A stretch of DNA of 64,000 nucleotides, from the NCBI RefSeq assembly GCF_009914755.1, contig NC_060936.1; one strand, written 5' to 3'. The stretch comes from the human T2T-CHM13v2.0 reference genome, Homo sapiens. A program made the position numbers and the translations under genes. The notes under the pieces are model-generated. The model searched no databases. It saw only the letters and a program-made list of their open reading frames with translations, and was not told the origin of the DNA. Of this stretch, positions 53,940 through 64,000 are shown piece after piece; position 1 is the stretch's first letter, and the number at the start of each line of letters is the position of its first letter.

Positions 53940-54080
53940 TGCCTGGAGACCGCCCCCCCCCCCCAGAGATGCAGGTGGACGTGGGAGTCAGCACAGACCC
54001 CAGGGGTAACTATGCCTGGAGACCACCCCCAGAGATGCAGGTGGGCGTGGGAGTCAGCACAGACGCTAGGGGTAACTATG
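53940..54080. repeat. About 70-bp tandem duplication
   Basis: TGCCTGGAGACC(C-run)AGAGATGCAGGTGG…GGGGTAACTATG occurs twice (copy starts 73 bp apart). Confidence 0.88.
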
Positions 54081-54279
54081 TGCGGCTGATTCGTGACCAC
54101 TTTCCTGGGCACCTTCTGCCTCCCCCACAGAGGCCCACACCTCCCCCCACAGACAGAACCCATCCCCACCCGTGCACTGAGCGCCAGGGAGACAAAGCCC
54201 CATCCACCCGCAGTGCATTCATTCATGGAGGAATAAATGTGTGTTGGCTGGAGAGGGCTTTTATATTACTCACTAAAAT

Positions 54280-56325
54280 TTTCAACGCATCTATCCACAA
54301 AGACAACACATCAGGAAGGGATCATGTTTTCAACAGATGAGGCTGTAGCCATTGCAGGTCCGCAAGCAAAACAGTGAGCTCCACCTACACCTCCCACGTC
54401 ACGCAAAAACTACCTCAGCATGTATCGGGGACCTACGTGTAAAACGTAAAATTACAAACATTTTAGAAGCAACATTGGAGGAAGCTTTGTGACTTTGAGT
54501 TAGGCAATGACAAAAGCACAATTCTTAAAAAAAAAAAATCTATAAACTTGACTTCATCAAAATTAAACCCTTTTGCTCTGCAGAAGACAGAGTTTAGATA
54601 ATGATCAGACCAGCCACCGGCTGGCAAGGAATATTTGCAATTCATATATCTGACCAAAGTCCTGTATCTGGAATATGTAAATAACTCTGAAAGCTCAACC
54701 GTAACAAAGCAAAGGACACAATATTTTTTAAATGAGGAAAAATGTACACAGACATTTTCCCAAATAAAATATACAAGTGGCAAATAAGCCCATAAAACAA
54801 TGGACAATGTCACGAATTATTAAGAAAATGCAAATTAGGGTCATCATGAGGTCACAGCACACACCTATTAGGATGCTAAAATTAACAAAAAAAGGAAAGC
54901 AAAGAAAGAAGGAAATGATAGCAGGTGCTGCTGAGGCTGCCGAGCAAGCTGCGCTCACAGTGGACGGTGCAGCCACTTCATTATGGAAACAGGGTGGCTG
55001 CTGCTCCAGCCAAACACTCCACACACTCAGCATGTGAGTCCGCAGCCCCACCCCAGGGACCCACTCACGTGGAGTGAAAGCCTACCTCCACACAAAAAAA
55101 TGTAGGTTAAAGTTCCTAGTGGCTTTATTTGTAATTGCAGAAACCAGAAACAACGCAAACGCCCCCATCAGTGAGCGCAGAACGAGTCGCCATGCATAGG
55201 TGCAGTGGACGCCGCTCAGCAGGGAGACGGGCAGGGCAGGCCGTGGGTGCGCACAGCCGCCCGGGCGACTCTCCATGACCCGGGCTGAGGGCCGGGAGCC
55301 CACCCAGAAGGCTCCCACTGCATGAGCCCATTTATAGGACGCTCTGGATGTCAGAGAAGAGGCCTGCGGTTTCCAGGTGTTAGGGTGGAGGGGAGGGGTG
55401 AGTACAAGAGGAAGTGTGGAGGGATGTGTGGGTGATGGGGCTGTTCATCTGTCTGTCCATCCACTTATCTGAACATATACCCAGCTTACTATCCATTCTT
55501 CTTTCTTCCAGGCATCCATCCATCCATCCATCCATCCATCCATCTGTCCATCTGTTCATCCACTTATCTGAACATATGCCAAGGGTACTATCCATTCTTC
55601 TCTCTTTCATCCATCCATCCATCTCCCCATTCATTTATCTGAACATATACCCAGGTTGCTATACAGCCTTCTTTAATCCATCCATCCATCCATCCATCCA
55701 TCCATCCATCCATCTGTCCATCCACTTATCTGAACATATACCCAGGTTACTATGCATCTTTCTCTCTCTTCCATCCATCCATCCATCCATCCATCCATCC
55801 ATCCATCCATCTGCCCATCTGCCCATCCATTTATCTGAACATATACCCAGGTTACTATGCATCTTTCTCTCTCTTCCATCCATCCATCCATCCATCCATC
55901 TGCCCATCTGCCCATCCATTTATCTGAACATATACCCAGGTTGCTATACAGCCTTCTTTAATCCATCCATCCATCCATCCATCCATCCATCCATCCATCC
56001 ATCTGTCCATCCACTTATCTGAACATATACCCAGGTTACTATGCATCTTTCTCTCTCTTCCATCCATCCATCCATCCATCCATCCATCCATCCATCCATC
56101 TGTCCATCCACTTATCTGAACATATACCCAGGTTACTATGCATCTTTCTCTCTCTTCCATCCATCCATCCATCCATCCATCCATCCATCCATCCATCCAT
56201 CTGCCCATCTGCCCATCCATTTATCTGAACATATACGCAGCTTACTATCCATTCGTCTCCCTTCCATGAGTCTGTGCAGTGGTCCAAACCCGCAGAACTG
56301 CACACCAACAAGGGTGTGAAAATTA
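54280..56325 (+). mobile_element. Old L1 (L1MC/ME-like) ORF2 3' end and 3' UTR, interrupted at 55441-56268
   Basis: TAAACTTGACTTCATCAAAATTAAACCCTTTTGCTCTGCAG, AATATTTGCAATTCATATATCTGA, GAAAATGCAAATT, GCTTTATTTGTAATTGC; the L1 3' UTR resumes at CAGAACTGCACACCAA (about 56293). Confidence 0.78.
55441..56268 (-). repeat. Inverted copy of the 52540-52954 composite satellite, about 9 units
   Basis: CTTATCTGAACATATACCCAGGTTACTAT…TCTCTCTTCCATCCATCC is the reverse complement of the upstream unit. Confidence 0.92.
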
Positions 56326-57020
56326 GAAGACAAACTTTAAAATGCACTTCCTCTTCCACCAAGCAGCCCTCCAGGAATGATTCCCATGAATGCACCCACA
56401 TGAGCATCTTAGCAAAGGATGGGGAGCCTGTGAGGGACCCGCTGCAGGCGTGGGTTAAATGAGCCTGGAGCTTCCAGGCCTGGAATCCTCCATCCAGTGG
56501 GTAAAGAATGTGGCAGATCACTGTTGACTGATGGGGACTTTTCCCATGAGCGCCGTGTGAAAGGGATGTGGAGCCGCACACAAACCACCCTGTCATTTGC
56601 ATGAGAAGAAGAGACATAGCCATGTGTTTCCTTGTTGGTGACACAGTATTTGCTGGAGGGATGAACAGAAATGATAACACCAGCTGCATCTGGGGAGGGA
56701 ACTGGAGGCCGAGGGACACTGTGGAGACCTGCTTGTCAGTGAGTGTCCTTTGAACTGTTGGAGGACACTTTGTCTATTCAAAAGGAAATGTATTTTATAG
56801 TTGTTGCTCCAGCCTGTAGATCTGCAGCTAAGGAGAATTGCCATCCTCCTGCCAACCTTATAGGAAGAAGCCTCAGCCCAGGCATCCATGGAGCCATCCC
56901 AGTTCCACACATGCAGGTTAAGATTATTCCGCTCTAAAGGTCAGCACAGGGCCGACCTGGAGGAACAGGAAATACGTAGGTTCCCAGCATGGGTCAGTGA
57001 TCCCCTGACCAGGCCAGCAG

Positions 57021-57545
57021 CATCCATCCATCCATCCACCCACCTACCTATCCACCATTCACCCATCCTTCCATTCACCCATTAATCCATGCATCCATCC
57101 ATCCACCCACCCATCCATCCATCCATCCATCCAACCTTCCACATATCCACTCATTCATTCATCCATCCATACATACACCCACCCACCACCCACCCCCCAT
57201 CCACCATTCATCCATCCTTCCACTCATCCATTCATCCATCCTTCCATCCATCCACCCATTTGTCCATGCTTTCATCCACCCACACATTCATCCATCCAGC
57301 CAGCCAGCCACCCATCCACCCACCTATCCACCATTCACCCATCCACCCATCCATACATCCTTCTACCCCTCCACCCATCTATCCATCCTTCAGTCCATCC
57401 ACCCATGGATCCATTTGTTCATCCAGTTCACTGAGCACATGCTGTGGGCTAGACTGTCTGCTAAAGCTTGGGATAGAGCCATTCGGAAGAAAAACAAGAT
57501 CCCTGTCCTCCTAGACTTAGTGCTGTGTCAGGGAAACAGACAGTA
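57021..57545. repeat. (TCCA)n tract followed by an antisense L2 3' fragment
   Basis: CATCCACC runs to about 57420, then TCACTGAGCACATGCTGTGGGCTAG…ACAAGATCCCTGTCCTC. Confidence 0.8.
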
Positions 57546-57745
57546 GCCACACACTCGTCCTTCTACTTAAAAAAAAAATCCTCACTGAGAAAACCATATT
57601 GCAATAATAACACACATTAAAATTTTTAAAATTTCCCATAGGCTGATCACATTTGTAATTTCACTTTTCCATATTATTTTGTATGATTAATATTTGTCCA
57701 TACACTTACTTTTTAATTAATTTGTACCATTACCATAAATACAAA

Positions 57746-58094
57746 CAGATGTTCCCATGGTTCAACTTAGGATTTTTTGACTTAACAATGGTGTGAAAAT
57801 GATCTGCTTTCAGTAGGAACCGTACTTTGATTATCTGCATAGCCATTCTTTCACTTTCAGTGCAGTGTTGAATAAATCACAGGAAATACTCAACACTGTA
57901 TTATCAAATACACTTTCTGTGAGATGATTTTGCCCAACAGTGGGCTAACGTCATGTTCTGAGCATGTTTAAAGTAGGCCAGACAAAGCTATGCTGTTCCA
58001 TAGGTTTGGTGCATTGATGCATTTTGACTTAGGACATTTTCAATTTAGGAGGCGTCCTCGTGACACAGTCCCACTGTAAGTCGAGGAGCATCTG
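57746..58094 (-). mobile_element. MER47A (TcMar-Tigger MITE)
   Basis: Ends in TAAGTCGAGGAGCATCTG (reverse complement of the TIR CAGATGCTCCTCGACTTA); internal GATGATTTTGCCCAAC and GTTCTGAGCATGTTTAAAGTAGGC match the recalled consensus. Confidence 0.85.
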
Positions 58095-58255
58095 GATTGT
58101 AGTTGACATTTTCACTTCTCATTGCAGCCCTGCCCCGATGTAAGTCAAGGAGCATCTGGATTGCAGTTTACGTTTTCACTTCTCATTGCAGCCCTGCCCC
58201 AATGTAAGTCGAGGAGCATCTGGACTGTAGTTGACATTTTCACTTCTCATTGCAC
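58075..58255. repeat. 64-bp tandem triplication of the MER47A terminus plus flank
   Basis: TGTAAGTCRAGGAGCATCTGGA starts at 58075, 58139 and 58203. Confidence 0.9.
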
Positions 58256-60756
58256 CCCTTGTGTGTCCGGCACAGGCTCCCAGGGCCGGGAATTCTACTC
58301 ACCCTGCGCGGCAGCTGCAGAAATCCCACAGTGCCCATGGACCACCGCGTCTCGGCTGCCCTCCCATGGGTGACATCAGGGTCACTATTCCCAGTTCTCA
58401 GCCACCATACACAGTGCAGCCACAAACACACATGTCAGGACATCCTCGTGTGTTTGTGGCTCTTTCCATATGATATAAGAATTAACTTCAAGGCCCCCAT
58501 TCTGATAAGTTCCTCAGTCGGTACAGGACACCCATCCTGGGCTGACCTCAGGAGACTCCTCTGAGGAAGTGATGTGTGGAGAAACCTGGGGAGAGGGGAG
58601 GAGCCGGCTCAGGAAGCTTCTGAATCCAGGGAGCTGCAGATGCCCAGTCCCTAGGCCTGGCAGGAGCGTGGCGTGGGGAGAACAGAGAGGAGGTGAGCAG
58701 GGAGGCCCCATGAGTCAGGGTGTGGCAGGGCCCTGGGGTTTATGATAGAGCTCATGGGGTCTCTAAATGCGGGGAGAAGCCGTGTGAGGGCTGCACACAG
58801 AGGTGGCCTCACAGAGTGGGTCAGCACAGGCCCCTGACTGAGCGCTAGAGAAGGGGGCAGAGGGAGGGTGGGTCTGGAAGCCTTGCAGGAAGGAGGTGGA
58901 GCTGTGAAGACGGGGGAATAAGGAAGGAGGTGGAGCTGTGAAGATGGGGGAACGAGGATGGTGTCAGGTGCCTTCAGGACACAGGATCTGCGGCTCGGTG
59001 ACTGTTGGATGGGGAGAGGAGACGGGCGTCCAGCACGTCCCAGGTTTCTAGTGTCAGCGTCGGGAGGCTGCAGGCAGGATACTGGAAAAGTAAAGCATTC
59101 TGGGAGGGTTACCAGTGCAGCTGGGACTCGAAGAGGCTGAGGTCCTCTGAGATGACCCAGGAGCTGTCGACAAGGCAGGGCCACGGCCAAGGCCAGGGTG
59201 GAGATCAAGGGGTGTCAGCAGAGGGGCAGGGGCCACATTGGGGGCTTCCCGGGGAGCAAGGTCCCAGGATCAGCAGGTCATCCTAGGAGGTGTTGTTGAG
59301 TCTGGCCTTCAGGGGAGCTGTTTCAGTGATGCCCCAGGCACCATTCATCTTCCCGACACTCAGGCAGCATCACACGGGACACCGATGTCCTTGAGTTTTA
59401 AGTCCTGGGAACTGGTGTTCAAGTTCAGTGGACTCAGATGCCCCACAGAGCCCATGTGCCCAGTGAGGGATGATGTGGGGTCTCTGACCACATATGGGGC
59501 ACAGCCACAAGGCACCCAGCTACCCCTCGGCCCCTCACAGCATGAGGTTGGGGGTGGAGTGGTCCTGCAGACCCCAGCTCCCCACCGCTGATGTGGAGTT
59601 GGGAGGGCACAGGAAGGGGAGGGTCCAGGGGCCGAGGACCCACAGGTGCAGAGTGAGGAGGGGTGGAGCCCATCCAGGGTAGAGGGAGGCCAAGTGGGAG
59701 GGCAGGGCTGGGCCCCTGGAGGGTGGCTGAGGGTGGAGAGAGGCCAGCTCCTCACACCTCCGCCCCACGGGTGTTTGAGATGCGTTCAGTACCTGTCTCT
59801 GCGGACCTTATTCTGTGGCCATGATTCTGGGAGGATGGAATCCTGAGGCCTGGTGTGCAGGGCCCCTGAACAAAAGCCCCATGGTGTTTAGGGCCAGGCT
59901 GGGTGTGGGTCGAGCGCAGGGCACAGTCGAGGAAGGAGCCCCAGGTGACCATGGATGCAGGAAAATCCCAGGCAGGGCCCAGGCAGGATCCCTGAGTCTG
60001 CAGGACCCCAATGCGGGTGCCCTCTCAGGGACCACCCAGGGCATCATCACAGCCGCCTAAAGTCCTAAAAATACCTGCTTGGAAGGAGCCTGCGGTCAGC
60101 TCCCTGGCCTCCCCTTCCCCATTATGACTTCCCAGCTCTTGCTTTTCCCAGGAAGGACAATCCGCCATCCCGCATCCTCCAGAGGCATGTCCTGGGAGGG
60201 TGCACAGAGACCCCAGGGCACCCTCCAAATGAGACTTATGAAATTTTCAAATCCATTTCTACAAGGTGCACTTTCCTTTAGAAAAACCTCTAAAAATTTT
60301 TGAAATATTAATTACATAAATAATACACCATATTACATATCCCATATGTCAATATTTACACATACATTATGTAAATACACTTATGCCATATATTTATACA
60401 GATGTAAGCATATATATGCAACAGAAATATACACATGACATAATATAAATATTTGATCTCTTCATGTTGTTTGGAAGAATTATCTGTTACTAAAAATGGG
60501 ACCATAACTGGATCCAGAAAAGTATTTTAACACTTGGAACTCTATAGACACAAGAATTACATTGTATTTAAATTTTGAACATATTTTTGTTGTGGGGAAT
60601 ATAATCTGTCAATCAGTAAATACTTCACGCATCAAGTGCTCCATGGAGAAACGGGATGCAGTGAATTGTGAATTGGAGTAGAAAGGATGCTGTGGTTTTC
60701 CCACTGTGCTTTTAAATGTGGATGGTGAGAAGGGGGTGTCTGGGTCTTGGCGTTAC

Positions 60757-61284
60757 TGAGAGGTGAAGACATCTGCACTTCCTGGGTCGAGTGGGGACTT
60801 GGAGAACTTTTCTGTCTTACAAGAAGATTGTAAAACACACCAATCAGCACTCTGTAGCTGGGATTGTAAAATGCACAAATCAGCACTCTGTAGCTAGCAA
60901 GGGGATTGCGAAATGCCCCAATCAGTGCTCTGTGAAACACACCAATCAGCACTCTGCAAAATGCACCAATCAGCAGGAATCTAAATAATCAATTGCAAGG
61001 AGAATTGAAAAAAGGGCACTCTGATAGGACAGAAATGGAACATGGGAAGAGACAAATAAGGGAATAAAACCTGGAGACCCTAGCCAGCAGCCGCAACCCA
61101 CTTGGGTCCCCTTCCATGCTGTGGAAGCTTTGTTCTTTCACTCTTCACAACAAATCTTGCTGCTGCTCACTCTTTGGGTTCATGCCAACTTTAAGAGCTG
61201 TATCACTGACTGCGAAGGTCCGCAGCTCCATTCTTGAAGTCAACGAGACCATGAACCCACCAGAAAGAACCAACTCTAGACACA
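60757..61284 (+). mobile_element. LTR12F-type 5' LTR of ERV9
   Basis: TGAGAGGTGAAG…CTTCCTGGGTCGAGTGGGGACTTGGAGAACTTTTCTGTC; repeated CACCAATCAGCACTCTG; GGAATAAAA promoter box; ends …CTCTAGACACA. Confidence 0.9.
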
Positions 61285-61287
61285 TCG

Positions 61288-61305
61288 TGGGGGCTCACCT
61301 GGGAG
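61288..61305 (+). other. Retroviral primer-binding site, tRNA-Pro type
   Basis: TGGGGGCTCACCTGGGAG versus PBS-Pro TGGGGGCTCGTCCGGGAT (14/18; two differences are CpG decay), 3 nt after the LTR. Confidence 0.7.
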
Positions 61306-62465
61306 ATTGCCATGTAGTGAGTACTATTGGACCCCTTTCACTTGCTATTCTGACCTATTTTTCCTTAGAATTCGGGGGCTAAACACCAGGCACCTGTTGG
61401 CCAGTTAAAAGCAACTAGCATGGCTACGGGACTAAAGACACAGGTGTCAGGCTTTCTGGGAAAGGCCTCTGTAACAACCCCCAACTCTTTGGAGTTGGGA
61501 GGGTTGGTTTGCCTGGAACCAGCTTCCACTTTTCCTGCATTTCCTGGCTGAGCCGCAGGTTGACAGAGAGGAAAGCCATTCAGCTCCAGGGTCCTGACAA
61601 AAAGGTGGTTGACCCTGCAGCCATGAGCAGAACTCTCAAAGTTACATCACCCAAACGAGACTTGCCCATCTATCCTATCTATCCTGACCCTTGCCTCCTG
61701 GGTCCTAATGCCTGTCAGACAAACTTCCTCTTACCTCTCTTCTCCAAGGCTAGTCCTGCCTTTAAAACCACCCCCTGGTGCTTTTCTAGTTTCTCCTATA
61801 AGGATGATTTCTAATATAAGTTTAGGGACTCTGTTCCTTTCTTTAGGGACCTGGGCTCACCAATGAGAAAGACATAATTTTGCCCCAAGCCCAGTGGGTT
61901 GGGGGGGGGCTATCTGGAATTTTAGGATCCCTCCTCAGACTAGCAGGCCTAGCAAAGGCTGTTCCCGATGGGGAGCCTCAGAAATTATAGACTCCAAAAT
62001 TAGGAGGATATCCTTCCTCTTCAGATGATTGTGAAGACAAAATGCATCACTCTTCCAACCTTGGAGATCCCTTCCCTCCCTCAGGGTATGGCCCTCCACT
62101 CCCTTTTGGGGCATATCATCTTCATAGGACAAGGGTAAGGTCCCAATACTAACAGAAGAAAACTCTTAGGACTCTAACAAGTTTTTGAGAATGTGTCGGT
62201 AAGGGCCACTAAATCCAGTTTTTTTCAGTCCTCTTTGTGGTCTAAGAGGAAAGGCAAAGGTGCAGGTTTTTGAGAACGTGTCAGTAAGGGCCACTAAATC
62301 CAACCTTCCTCGGTCCTCTCTGTGGTCTAGGAGGAAAACTAGTGTTTCCGCTGCTGCTTCAGTGAGTGCAACTATTCCGATCAGCAGGGTCCAGGGACCG
62401 TTGTGGGTTCTTGGGGGAGAGGGTGGGACAAACAAAGCAAAACCATGGGCAGTTTTTTCTTTCAG

Positions 62466-63915
62466 ATGGGAAACACTCAGGCATCAACAGGCTCACCTTT
62501 GAAATGCATCCTAAGCCATTGGGACCAATTTGACCCACAAACCCTGAAAAAGAAGTGGCTTATTTTTTTCTGGACTATGGCTTGACCCCAGTGTTCTCTC
62601 TCTGATGGGGAAAAATGACCACCTGAGGAAAGTATAAATTACAATACTATCCTGTGGCTTAAACTTTTCTGTAAGAGGGAAGGCAAATGGAGTTAAATAC
62701 CTTGTGACCAAGCTTTCTTTTTATTGAAGGATAATCCACAACTATGCAAAGCTTGCAATTTACATCCCACAGGAGGACCTCTCAGCTGACCTCCATATAC
62801 TAGCCTTCCTATAACTCCCCTTCCTATTAATGATAAGCCTCCTCTAATCTCCCCCACCCAGAAGGAAACAAGCAAACAAATCTCCAAGGGACCATAAAGC
62901 CCCCCGGGCTATGGGTTATGTCCCCTTCAAGCTGTAAGGGGAGGGGAATTTGGCCCAATCTGGGTACATGTCCCCTTTTCCCTCTCTGATTTAAAGCAGA
63001 TCAAGGTAGACCTGGGGAAGTTTTCAGATGATCCTGATAGGTATATAGATGTCCTACAGGGTCTAGGGCAAACCTTCAACCTCACTTGGAGAGATGTCAT
63101 GCTATTGTTAGATCAAACCCTGGCCTTTAATGAAAAGAATGTGGCTTTAGCTGCAGCCCGAGAGTTTGGAGATACCTGGTATCTTAGTCAAGTAAATGAT
63201 AGAATGACAGCCGAAGAAAGGGACAAGTTCCCTACCGGTCAGCAAGCTGTCCCCAGTATGGATCCCCACTGGGACCTAGACTCAGATCATGGGGACTGGA
63301 GTCACAAACATCTGTTGACCTGTGTTCTAGAAGGACTAAGGAGAATTAGGAAAAACTCATGAATTATTCAATGATGTCCACCATAACTCAGGAAAAGGAA
63401 GAAAATCCTTCTGCCTTCCTTGAGCAGTTACAGAAGGCCTTAAGAAAATATACCCCCCTGTCACCTGACTCCCTCTAGGGTCAATTGATCCTAAAAGATA
63501 AGTTTATTACCCAATCAGCCACAGATATCAGGAGAAAGCTCCAAAAGGCAGCCCTGGGCCCTGAACAAAATCTGGAGGCATTATTATACCTGGCAACCTC
63601 GGAGTTCTATAATAGGGACCAAGAACAGGCCAAAAAAGAAAAGCGAGATCAGAGAAAGGCTGCAGCCTTAGTCATGGCCCTCAGACAAACAAACTTTGGT
63701 GGTTCAGAGAGTACAGAAAATGGAGCATGCCAATCACCCAGTAGGGCTTGTTATCAGTGTGGTTTGCAAGGACACTTTAAAAAAGACTGCCCAACAAGAA
63801 ACAAGCCACCCTCTCACCCATGTCCACAATGCCGAGGCAATCACTGGAAGGTGCACTGCCCCAGGGGACAAAGATTCTCTGGGCCCCCAACCAGATGATC
63901 CAACAACAGGACTGA
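62466..63915 (+). pseudogene. gag: Disrupted ERV9 gag
   Basis: MGNTQASTGSPLKCILSHWDQFDPQTLKKK; capsid-like LKDKFITQSATDIRRKLQK; zinc knuckle CYQCGLQGHFKKDC plus CPQCRGNHWKVHC; multiple stops and frameshifts; terminal QQQD-TGA at 63913-63915. Confidence 0.9.
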
Positions 63916-64000
63916 GGGTATGTGGGGCAAGTGCCAGCTCATGTCATCACCCTTATTGAGCCCCGGGTAAGTTTAACCATTGAGGGCCAGGAAATTGACT

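Larger units (their letters stand above)
61285..64000 (+). mobile_element. HERV9 internal region (leader, gag, start of pro), continuing past the window end
   Basis: Follows the LTR12F and PBS; ERV9/HERV-W-like gag peptides; pro-like HVITLIEPRVSLTIEGQEID at the window end. Confidence 0.9.

Noticed and set aside
62180-62335. Direct repeat GTAAGGGCCACTAAATCC x2 in the ERV leader
   Set aside because: As recalled, a native feature of the ERV9 leader rather than something locus-specific.
63099-63898. Functional or domesticated gag gene
   Set aside because: Gag is broken by several stops and frameshifts; the remaining ORFs are fragments.

Overview
Non-coding, GC-rich, repeat-dense human genomic DNA. 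An AluYg6 carrying all six diagnostic changes points to Homo sapiens, and the minisatellite density looks distal or subtelomeric. The RPS6 plus 5S pseudogene pair recalls 12q24.33, but that placement is from memory and unverified. I find no credible intact protein-coding gene: the long ORFs are translations of tandem repeats or decayed ERV9 gag. Supported content: a MER4A-type solo LTR; a MER4A LTR with about 6 kb of MER4-int; the 5' half of an LTR12F/HERV9 provirus (Pro-type PBS, broken gag); MER68 and MER34-family LTRs; a processed RPS6 pseudogene nested in an old L1 and itself interrupted by an Alu; a 5S rRNA pseudogene at the edge of a CpG island; MER47A; several Alu/FLAM, L1, L2 and MIR relics; and many mini- and microsatellites. 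I see no convincing new biological system. The best leads are structural: a 56 x 45-bp VNTR with a six-letter variant code and an exact 27-unit higher-order duplication, an inverted templated copy of a local satellite inserted into an L1, a hairpin-templated scar in the RPS6 pseudogene, a 21-bp-phased CCAAT-box array, and old LINEs locally shifted to high GC/CpG. Repeat subfamily names come from recalled consensus sequences, not from a search.
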